Source: Bugula neritina
Taxonomy: Eukaryota; Animalia; Bryozoa
Assembly: GCA_964035545.1 (NCBI GenBank)
Contig: OZ037771.1
Span: 3,607,628 to 3,671,627, forward strand
Reading direction: 5' to 3'
Length of the DNA stretch: 64,000 nucleotides
Shown: piece by piece, positions 49,601 through 64,000 of the stretch
Numbering within the stretch: position 1 is the first letter of the stretch
Layout: each line of letters starts with the position of its first letter
Notes under the pieces: model-generated
What the model was told of the DNA's origin: nothing
Databases searched by the model: none
The model's input: only the letters and a program-made list of their open reading frames with translations
Program-made: the position numbers and the translations under genes

Positions 49601-51144
49601 GTTACACTATATAGGGACTACTAGCGGCTATAGGGAGTTAAAAACGTAACGATTAAAAAAAATGAGTAAAATTTCTCATTTTAGTAATTATAAGTGACAT
49701 GTTTTTTATAAAGTAACATAAGAGATGTAATTGAACAGTTTATAGAAAATTTATATTATGTTTCTTTAATTATATCATGTGCAAAATTTGGAACTGATGT
49801 CACACTGTTTTAATATAATCATTCTATAAAGCACAGTAAACTAATGAAATTCCGATGAAAAAAATTCAATTAAAAATTATTATTTTATGGTATCCATAAT
49901 CATATATGTACAACAAATAAATGACGTCCTAGGCTGTATTTTATTAATCATTTTGTGTTATGCATGAACAGCACAGCATATTGAATATAAAAAGTCAAAT
50001 GATCACACAAGAAACTGCCATGGGATTCTCATTATCCTATTTTATTATAGGTTATGCTAGTTTTTTCTTTTGCATTATAATTTATATCACACACATATTT
50101 TTGTCAGTCTGTAAACTGTGTTATAGGACAAATAGATAATATAATATGGTAATACAAGGTGTGAATATGTTTAGAAATGCCGGCAGCAGCTTTCTCTATA
50201 ATAAAGCATTAGATCATTTTATCTCTGGAGGAAAACGGAGAGAGCTCAAGTTGTCGGACACAGAAACCGAACTGTGGAGAGAATCTTACTATGAGCAAGG
50301 TTAGTTGTAGGTGTTCAGTTCACAATTGATAAAGTTTGTATGTAAGATGAAATATTTCAAGTGTTTGCCACATTACAGCAGACCGGTCAAGTAGACTTAG
50401 CCTAGGGCCACACGGTGCGTATTTTCGCATGCGAAAATTGAAATCACAAGTAGCAAAGGTGTCCACTGTAGCGTCAGTGATGCGTGATAAATAAAGCTTT
50501 CATTTTTAAATCGCACTCGCTTTCAATAAAACGCAATTTACTGGAATGTAGCACTAAAATAAAGAAACTGGGCTCGCTGAATAACTACCAGCCAATTAGG
50601 TGACGACAACAGAGACGATTCGCACTTGCGTTGAGAATGCTGAACGACAAGTGCGAATGTTTTCTCAACGCACACAGCCCATACAGCCCTAGGCTAACTG
50701 ACATGTGTATTAGGCCTATGTATGGGTATTTGCAGTTTCTCAAAAAACATGTGAAATCTAGAAATAGATAGCTATAAGTGAGTAAATACATACTTAGATG
50801 AGTAGGTTTTAACTAACATTGATTCTCATGGTTATAAAAAGATTCACACCGTACACTTTTGATACTCAGGTGGTCTAAAAAGCTCTAGTCTGATTTCATT
50901 ACATTTGATGTCTGCACACGTTCCATTTCTACCTTTGGAGAGGGACCATGCTATAAGATGTATACGTGAGGCGATTTACTCAAGAGGTATTACATCTGAA
51001 AAAATAATTGGGGAGATAACTGAGCAAGTGATGAGTGAACTAACTTTCAAACCTTCTAAAGAGCAGCCAATTTATTCCTCTAGTGGATGTAAGCGAATAT
51101 ATGAGAAAGTTAATTTAGCTTTGGAAGATTTTGATATATATTAA
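46681..51144 (+). CDS. Torsin-family AAA+ ATPase, paralog 4
   Basis: Exons 46681-46834, 48231-48496, 48954-49129, 50175-50299, 50870-51144. CKFYECC, GGTGTGKT, FVFDEVEK, GNAG, SSGCKRI; all phases are consistent. Confidence 0.93.
49139..49243 (-). mobile_element. tRNA-core TG...CA element, 105 bp, gctgc TSD
   Basis: Same insertion site as 44276-44382. Confidence 0.78.
50400..50694. mobile_element. Harbinger-like MITE, copy 2 (right TIR largely deleted), in torsin 4 intron 4
   Basis: Matches 11232-11575 and is flanked by tta/taa. The torsin 3 intron shows the empty site gtagac-taa-ctgacatg (~45323-45339). Confidence 0.9.
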
Positions 51145-52220
51145 TTCCCTTAAACATTTGTATACTAGATATAATATAATATATTATAATGTAATACATT
51201 ATAATAATTATCTTGAAAGTTTGTATTAAATACTTTCTAGTTATAAAAGATTTATTTATTCAACATGTCGGAGATAGTTATAGCCTGACATAGCTCTGAA
51301 ATGCAGTTGTTTTATTTTTTTTAAATTATATATTTTGAACGTTTGTAGGCAAAATGGTGTTATCTCTTAAAGTAACTAACTAAATGATATTCATAAAACA
51401 TAAAATGGTTCTTTTATACATCTTTACCTAAAACTATTATCAAATAGTCTATTATCAATATATATCTTTCAACCCAATTTCATGTTAATGTCATTATTAG
51501 TGAGATTTACTCAAAATTGAATGCTTTAACTCAGAACAAATCAACAATTGTGGTTGCAGCTAATATAATTATTCCAAGCTACACATGGTGCATGACATCT
51601 TCCATCAATATTCATGCAGGTGCTCTTGAATTATTAAATTGTCTCATCTCATAAATACCCCAGCCTAAACTACAGCAAGTGACTTTCAAAGCACAAAGAA
51701 TATTTAGTGACTGCAAAGTTTATTTATTGCATATTCCACAAAAAGAAAATAACATAACAGCTATTGTGAAAGTCCTACTAAAAGTTAAACATTGCCTACT
51801 GACACTTGCACATCTCATACAATCATATTATATTCTATTTTCTTCATTATCAAAAACTGAATTATTGGTAAATTATTTTTAAGCAATACTATAATTTCAG
51901 AACTAGCCATCATTCTGATATCAAATTAATTAAAAATCTTTATTTGCTAGATAACACATATTACCAACTTGGTTCACTGAATTAACAAAACTTTGTTTCA
52001 CTTCACAAAAGTTACAGACCTTTGAGGCCACCTATTAGAAAATTATGCAAATATCATAATCTGTAGGTGTTTGATTAAACAGAAATAACTAAATATTATG
52101 ATAGCAACTGATTTTGACATGATGCAATAGAAAAGATCTACTAATCAACATCACCTGAGAGCAATGTACAACAGTTAGTGCTGCTACCCTATGCTAGGAG
52201 AACCTCCCCTGTTTACTCAA

Positions 52221-55200
52221 CTAAGTGTAATCTTGAGGAAGGTCATACGCTGGCAAACCATACTTCTCCGGTACGAAGTCTTCTAGCGAGTTCAGCACTT
52301 CGGCAGCTTTGTCTTTCACCTTGGTTATGTCAAGGTTAACATCAGGAACAAGGATGCAAGGCATACCCGCTGCTACTGCAGCCTCTACACCGTTAGATGC
52401 ATCTTCAAATACCAGAACCTAAAAGCAGTTGTAATGCACTAACATTGTAGCCATAGTAATGGTATACAGTGGAACTCATCAAATATGAGCTCACGTGTTA
52501 CTACCATTTATTTAAATTGAGAAAGCAAAATATGCTACAGTTACAACACACATGCATACATACTATGGATAACCAAAGAACCTTCTATTAGAACTTCATT
52601 GATATAAAAGGAATTGAAAGTATTAATATTCAGTTTGCAAAAGCTCCAGAAAGTTTATAGTCCCCATCCCTGATGGAAAGGAGCTTTTTAAGCAGGCTAA
52701 GAATATTTCATTCATATGACTATGTGACACAGGAGCAATTATGACTGCATGCTCTTCCTAACGTCACCAATGGTCTTTGTCGGGGCTCAAAACTATGACT
52801 TTATAGTCGAACGCATAGAGCATATCTGCTTTGATACATTTAGCACTAGGACATGCTCACTGGACTATACCAATAGTATTGAGAGCATAACTCTGAAATA
52901 ATTTATCAAGAGCAATTAATTTCATTTCATTTTTAAAATGTCTGCACTGGCATACTCTATAAGGCAGCGTACAGTAAATGACAAGCTATAGTCTAACTTC
53001 TTACAAAGTCAAACTAAGACTAGCATTCAAACATGTGAAGTATTGCACGTCAAGAATTCACAGTAAAACGATCTCCAACAAAATAAAATAATAAATATCA
53101 AAACACCAGCAGTCAGTAAGTGAAGCCTTAGCTGTAGTGCTTAGCCTTAGTACCAAGTAAACTCACATTGGAGGGACTTGCAGGGAGAGGTGACAGAAAC
53201 CTCTTGGCACAGACAGTAAAAACATCTGGACACGGTTTGCCCTGTCTTACTTCTGGATCATCACTAGCAAAGACCACGTGGCTAAACAGAGAGAACAACT
53301 CCTTGTGATGAGTAATCTAAAACACAATCAGCAGGGAGATATTTTGGCAATAGGTAATTCTAAACACACGAAACGGTGAAAACAACTTGTTCTGGTTAAT
53401 AGTACAAAATTCAACTCCAAAAAGTAGTTCAAATCATTCTTGTTATTAGCAATGCTTGATCTAAAAACAGGTTTCTTACAAGTTTACAGCTCATGGGAGG
53501 TCATAGGTAAAAATATATGATACAAGAATGTATCACCTAGAGAAACAAATTATTAAGACAATTCTACAAACTTATCACATGTGTGTAGGCTTTATAGCAG
53601 AAGAAAAGGCACTACGGCTACTACCACCAGAAAAAAGGAGAAGAGATGGCACAACTCCCACCTTCAAATTGTACTTCTTTTCACTGGAGCCAGTAGCCAC
53701 TGCAATTGGAACTCCATGAGAATGCAAATGTCTAACCAGCTTCTCCGCCCCTGAATTAACGTAACATTATTTATAGCAACATTATTTATAGCGCATGGAA
53801 GCCGTTGGTTCAGGAGGAAACACATTGTGGTTGAGTTTTAATTTTCAGTGACTGCCTAACTTTCCAGAGGAGATATTTTGGATAAATTTATTGTCTGTGA
53901 AACATAAACTAAAATAATTCCGGAAGAAAATACGTCTAGATGCTGACTATTTTTAGCAAGATGCTCTGAAACAGTTAAAACTTAGTGAGCTCTACTAAAG
54001 CCAAATTATTCTCACATAATCGTAAAAAACCAGCAAATAAAACCGGAAATAAAAATTTGGAAGCTAGTTTAACCAGGCCTAAAATGTATTCGAATACGAG
54101 CTTTGTTCAAATGAACTACATTTAATCTCTAGTAATTAAAAACAAACAAAAAGTCGACTTTCTCCAATTATCACAAACCTGGCAACAACTTAGCCTCAGG
54201 GAAGTATTTAACATATCCTTGGTGAGTCAGGCTGATCACCTCCTCCACTGAAAGTGGCAAGTTGAAGTGATCTATCAGCAACTTTGTTGAATCTACTTCA
54301 GCTGTGCCCATCATCTTTGCCTACAGAAATATTTACATACAAAGACTAAAATTGTCCCATCTAAAGGGTTGTTGTCAAGAGAGAACTTGCAACTAACTAA
54401 GCATAATATAAAAACTTGCTATGAACTTTTTATACACAGGAGAATAAAGCATAGCACACATCATTTAATATTCAACTATTAATCATTTCTGCTAATCTCA
54501 TTCAAATTTTTGAAAATGGCACATTACTCAAGACCCAATTCGAAAAATATTTAGAATAATTTTCACATGTTCATATTAAGTTTGTAGCAATATATTTCCT
54601 TAAACTGACTGTTAGACAAAACTATTCCAAATAAACTAATCTTACCTTGATATCCCAGTTGAATGTGTGACCATACTTCCCACAGAGTTCTGTATATACT
54701 TTGGAATATATACTTTCTGTATCTAAAATCACAGGTAATGCTTAAGTAGGTAAACATGTTGTCACAGCAACGAGCTTAACTTGTTATTCCAATCTGAAAA
54801 AATAGTGTTAATAACTTGTAGAAGTGTAATTAAAATTGAAAACTTGAGAATAAAAACTTAGTTTTTTATAGAGACGTCCATTAATTAACATTAGGCTATA
54901 AAATGTGCTCTTATAATTTTATATAAGCTGTTTTTCATGGCTAAGATGTTATAGCAAGGCTGATAAGAGTCTTTTCAACAGTAAAAATTGTTTCCTTCTT
55001 TAGTAAGCTATCATTAATTAAATTTTCAAAATTGTAATGCTTATCTCCTATACTGTTTCTATTTCCAACTTTTTTACTTACTTAAGATTGTACAAGTAAA
55101 ATGTAGCTTTAGAATATTTACAGAATAATAGTATTAATCACTACATGTCGGTTTTTTCCGCAGCAATAGAGTACTGGAAAATTATTTATTTCATTTTGAT

Positions 55201-55770
55201 AGTTGATTACTCATTTATAAAAGGATAATGCCATTATGTGTATTCCTTAGTTTACTCACCATATCTATGATATTGCCATGAATTAGTTGATTGCAACGCT
55301 ATGAGTATGTGTGGCCATATCACTATCAGTCTATTTGACTCCAACAGTACCTAGCTGACAGAGCTTTTGGAAAATGTTAAACTTTTAGTTCTAAACTAAT
55401 TTTTAGCTACTTTTCAATTTTATATTTTAATTCAGCTAAAGTTCTATTATACTTATAGGAAATCAGAAATTCTTCAGTTACAATAGATATAATTTTTAAA
55501 CTCAAACTCAAACTGCCCAATTATAAATATCATGATCATCAATTATTATAATTAAATTATTATAATTAGAATTATTATATTATAATTATTATTCATAAAG
55601 CACAACTATAAGCATAACTATAAATTAATCATTATAATTAAAAATAATAATATTATTATCATAAGCCTAAGCACTTGAAGTTAAACTGAAACTCAAACTC
55701 GGTTCTCACCTAGCAAGAGCCCGTCACAGTCAAATATGACATGTGTTGTTGAAGGTTTATAAGTGTCCAT
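52221..55770 (-). CDS. PUDP: HAD-superfamily pseudouridine-5'-phosphatase (PUDP/HDHD1/GS1-like)
   Basis: Exons 55770-55710 ([20 protein letters not shown]), ~54722-54646 (DTESIYS...FNWDIK), ~54320-54179 (AKMMG...FPEAKLLPG), ~53750-53662 ([21 protein letters not shown]), ~53316-53167 ([15 protein letters not shown]), 52418-52221 ([19 protein letters not shown]...[13 protein letters not shown]). All four HAD motifs and the HDHD1 C-terminal signature are present. Confidence 0.93.
52655..52800 (-). mobile_element. tRNA-derived SINE, 5'-truncated, in the last PUDP intron
   Basis: Reverse strand cattggtgacgttaggaagagcatgcagtcataattgctcctgtg...ttagcctgcttaaaaagctcctttccatcaggg matches the 14895 copy. 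Confidence 0.7.
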
Positions 55771-56287
55771 TTAAATTCAAAACACACTTATAATTACTGC
55801 CTATTGCATTAAACAGACTTTTAGCTTTTTTATCAATGACAATCAAAGTAAATGCACATAAACTTAACATAGAATAAAGAAAGTTACTGTTTTGGTAATA
55901 GTAAAAAGAAACCTTGACACTGTGAATAAAAAAAATCACTTTAGCCGAAGTGGCAAAAGAAAATAGCCCAAAACCTCAAAGGGGGTTTACAATTTAAAGC
56001 ACGGAATATCACCAGAAGCAACACCAAATTAGGAGTTACTATTTTCAGTAGTTATATACTTACCGCGGTTTAAACTTCAAACCATTATAACTCACAACTC
56101 ATGCAGTGCACTCAGTCACTCCCAATCTGGTGCTGCTTCTATCAAACTTTATTCATTAAAAGCAGTCTTAACCCATATTCTCAAAAACTGCTGTAACCTC
56201 GAGGTAGAGGCACGTTGCCCTTACCACTCCTCATTGAGAAGACTTCTGTTACGAGTAAATCACGAAGGTCATCTACTTTCATTACTA

Positions 56288-56714
56288 CAGTGTGGTATAT
56301 TAAGAGTGTTGACTTTAAACCATGAAAAATCATTATGTCGCTAATGGTACCGCGAGTTTATATAAGTTATAAAGGAAAAATTTTGTCACTTTTGAGATTT
56401 TATTTTTTTTTTTATATTATGTGTCCATTTTTTTTAGTTTTGTTTATTGGTAAAGTTTTTAAACATATTTTCAATACATATAAAATTTTAAAAATAATTA
56501 AAACTTAATCATGCTCGTAAATACAAAGCTATAAAGTTTAAGCTTCGCTGTGATTACAATGTGAATATGAATTGAATAATGCTTGCAATAACCATTTTAC
56601 ACAAAATACGTTACAGTTGCTATAAATGTAAGACTAGTAAATTGGATGCAAATAGGCACGGTAATACTATTTAATTTATGCTATTTTTGAAATTTGTAGT
56701 AAATATTCGGCATG

Positions 56715-56809
<95 letters not shown>

Positions 56810-58022
56810 AATATATTATATATTTTTATATTATATATTGTTATATTATATATATATATATCATATAGGTATATTAATTTTATATATAATATATATATTA
56901 TAATAATATATTATATAATATAATAATATAATATATTATTATATTATATATTATATTATATATATATTATATATATAATATCATATAATATATATTATTA
57001 TATTATATTATTTATAATATATATATATTATAATAATATATTATATATTAATATATATTATATTATATTATATATATAATATATTATACAAGTATAATAA
57101 TATTATATATAATATATATATATATATTATAGTAATATATATATTATAATAATATATTATATATTATTATATTATATATTATATTATATATTATATTATA
57201 TATATATATAATATCATATATAATATATTATTATATTATAATATTATATTATATATTATATTATATATATATATTATATATATATAATAATATCATGTAT
57301 AATATATAATATATATTATTATATTATATATATAATAGTATCATATATAATATATTATTATATTATAATATTATATTATATATTATATTATATATATATA
57401 TTATATATATATAATATCATATAATATATATTATTATATTATATTATTTATAATATATATATATATTATAATAATATATTATATATTAATATATATTATA
57501 TTATAATATATATATAATATATTATACAAGTATAATAATATTATATATAATATATATATATATATTATAATAATATATATATTATAATAATATATTATAT
57601 ATTATTATATTATATTATATATATTATATATATATAATATCATATATAATATATTATGTTATAATATTATATTATATTATATATATATTATATATATATA
57701 ATAATATCATATATAATATATAAAATATATTATTATATTATATATTTTATATATAATAATATCATATATAATATATTATTATATTATAGTATTATATTAT
57801 ATATTATATTATATATATATTATATATATATAATAATATCATATATAATATATAAAATATATTATTATATTATATATTATATATATAATAATATCATATA
57901 TAATATATTATTATATTATATATTAAATTATATACATTATATATATAATGATATTATATATAATATATATATATACATATAATAATATTATATATTATAT
58001 ATATATATAATAATATTATATA

Positions 58023-58059
<37 letters not shown>

Positions 58060-58073
58060 ATAGATATGTATAT

Positions 58074-58159
<86 letters not shown>

Positions 58160-58596
58160 GCCAAATATTTACTACAAAATTCAAAAATAGCATAAATTAA
58201 GTAGTATTACCGTGCCTATTTGCATCCAATTAACTAGTCTTACATTTATAGCAACTGTAACGTATTTTGTGTAAAATGGTTATTGCAAGCATTATTCAAT
58301 TCATATTCACATTGTAATCACAGCGAAGCTTTAACTTTATAGCTTTGTATTTATGTGCGTGATTGAGTTTTAATTTTTCTTTTAATTTTATGTGCATTAA
58401 AAATGTGTTTAAAAACTTTACCAATAAACAAAATTAAAAAAAATGTACACATAAAATAGAAAAAAAATAAAATAACAAAAGTGGCAAAATTTTTCCTTTA
58501 TAACTTATATAAACTCGCGGTACCAATCTCGGCATAATGGCGCCCATATGATTCCGTAAGATTTGCTAATGGCAACACTCTTAATATACCACACTG
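56288..58596. mobile_element. hAT-type non-autonomous foldback element (2.3 kb; ~430-bp inverted arms, TA-rich core, 8-bp TSD)
   Basis: Termini cagtgtggtatattaagagtgtt ... aacactcttaatataccacactg. Perfect TSD cattacta at 56280-87 and 58597-604. Arms 56288-~56715 and ~58155-58596 are reverse complements. Confidence 0.92.
56713..58158. repeat. Almost pure A/T (TA/TAT/ATA) low-complexity core with higher-order duplication
   Basis: Directly visible; the marker tacaagtataataata occurs near 57087 and 57525. Confidence 0.95.
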
Positions 58597-59835
58597 CATT
58601 ACTATAATCTGACCATAACGTCTCACCATGATCATGTTAAAAAATACTCATTATCATTATGGTTATGATAATAGCTGTATAAATGTGAGAATAATTGCAT
58701 AATGATCATAATTTATACTAATTTTAAGAGTTAGTTAGTGACACACTTGGTTAAGTAAGTTACAGTGTCAGTATGAGACAGAGTTTCAGTTTCACGTTCT
58801 CATTCTGATTCAGTTTCACTTTGACTTTCATTTCACTTTCAGCATCACTACAAGTATAACTGTTACTGTATAAGACATGGGTGTGACTATCAGTATGAGT
58901 ATCAATATCAGTCTGTTTTGTAAACTTAAGTGTAACTGACTAACTCAAACTGTAAGTGTAAGCTAAAGCATGGCAATAATTTCAATAAATATAATAAGTA
59001 AATTAAAATAATATTAATTTATTTTTAATTTTAAATATGATCTAAATTATTTTGTTTTGAAACTAAAAGTACATGCATTGTTAACATTTATAGTTATACT
59101 TATAGTGAAACAAGCATAATGAGTCTGATGACGGTATCAATATGAATATAAAATAAACTTAAGTTTTTAAGCATTTCCACGGATATAAAACTTTAATTAT
59201 TGATGGTTTATGATTATTGATTAATCATTAATTATTAATAACAATAATTATAACAATAATTGTAATAACAATACTTTATTAAAAGTGATTAAGTTGTTAT
59301 TGTTATAGTTAATAAATTATTATTAGCATCAATATCACCAAAAGTAACATGGAAATTTAAATAAATTTATTATAATTATATAATCTTTGATTCTGAATTC
59401 ATACTCTGTACTCATAATGATGCTCATAAGCCTACTGATCCCAATCTTATACTCAATTTACAATTTTCACTTTGAGCTCCAGTTTAAGCTTACATGTACT
59501 ATAATACATAAATCACCTCGGAAAAATTAGAACACTCTTCACCTGTGCCTCGTATTAAAAACTGTATTTTTTAATAAGGGAAAAATTAACCTCTGTTTTT
59601 CAGCATATTCATTTTGATGCATACTCTAAGACTTGAAACAATATTAACATTTCTTCAATAAAAAGCCAATATGGATGAACTGTATTTACCTAGTAGTCTT
59701 GCTGTAAGCTGCCAATAATGTTACTCAAATCCTAAATCCTTTTGTCTCATTTAAAACTATCCAATAATTAGTCAAATGGATGTATTTGACGCTAAAATAC
59801 AAATTTGTTACATTGTAGAATACAAGAATGTGAAC

Positions 59836-63415
<3,580 letters not shown>

Positions 63416-64000
63416 TTGTGCATGTTGGGAATTTTTAGTTTTTTAGTTGATGAGAATCTTGTACGTTGTACCAAAGCATGAAATATGTAAATCTTCAATA
63501 GTTTGATAGCAAAGTGAACAAGTATCATCTGCGACATAAGTCTGATAGGAAAGTTGTATTAAACTTCCTGTAATCACAGTTTAACTCCAGCAACTTGGTA
63601 GGTTTTGATGAACTTATTTGTGTAATGTGTATTTTTGCAAGTATTTATATTTAATCCTGATTTAACAGCTTTTTTAATTATTCTATGTATTGCTATGACC
63701 ACAGATTATGTACTTTACAGAGTTATTAAAATATTCAAGGTAGGATGTTGTAAATTTTATACAAATACAGTAAAGGTCTCTGCTTATTTCATTTTTTGAC
63801 ACGAAAATTTCAAAAAATATTAAATTTTCTAGGGATAAAATGAACCTGTGTACTTTGGGTCAGGGTGGCTGTATTTAGTTGTTAGGCTTTGCTAATCATT
63901 ATGCTAAAACTCGCTACTTTTCTTCAAGTATAACATTTGAATTTAAGTTTAAATAATATAACAGTTGCTGGTTGTACCAACTATACCAGTTTGGATACGC

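Larger units (their letters stand above)
45910..52625 (+). repeat. Segmental duplication unit B (torsin 4 plus PUDP last exon)
   Basis: Collinear with 28670-34820. Confidence 0.9.

Overview
AT-rich, intron-containing DNA from an invertebrate animal; the species cannot be determined from the sequence. In order: (1) the 3' part of a four-finger C2H2 zinc-finger gene (+); (2) a 16-exon, divergent GABA-B-receptor-like class C GPCR (-); (3) a two-exon CFAP97-domain gene (-); (4) a tandem array of five torsin-family AAA+ ATPase genes (+), all with the same 5-exon structure; (5) a six-exon HAD-family pseudouridine-5'-phosphatase gene (PUDP/HDHD1-like, -) between torsins 4 and 5, with an orphan duplicate of its last exon left by a ~6 kb segmental duplication. 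Torsin 5 looks ancestral, with a GWTGTGKN Walker A and a hydrophobic N-terminal segment. Torsins 1-4 form a derived, mosaic group with a canonical GKT Walker A and a shortened or lost hydrophobic segment. Torsin 2 also has a Walker-B E->N change and a +1 frameshift in exon 1. Mobile DNA includes ~105-110 bp TG...CA elements with 5-bp TSDs around a tRNA-like core (solo-LTR-like), Harbinger-like MITEs that differ by an internal micro-inversion, two hAT-type elements with 8-bp TSDs (one a 2.3 kb foldback around a TA-rich core), tRNA-derived SINEs, and several mini- and microsatellites. All exon boundaries were read by eye from GT-AG sites and reading phase; none is confirmed by transcript data.
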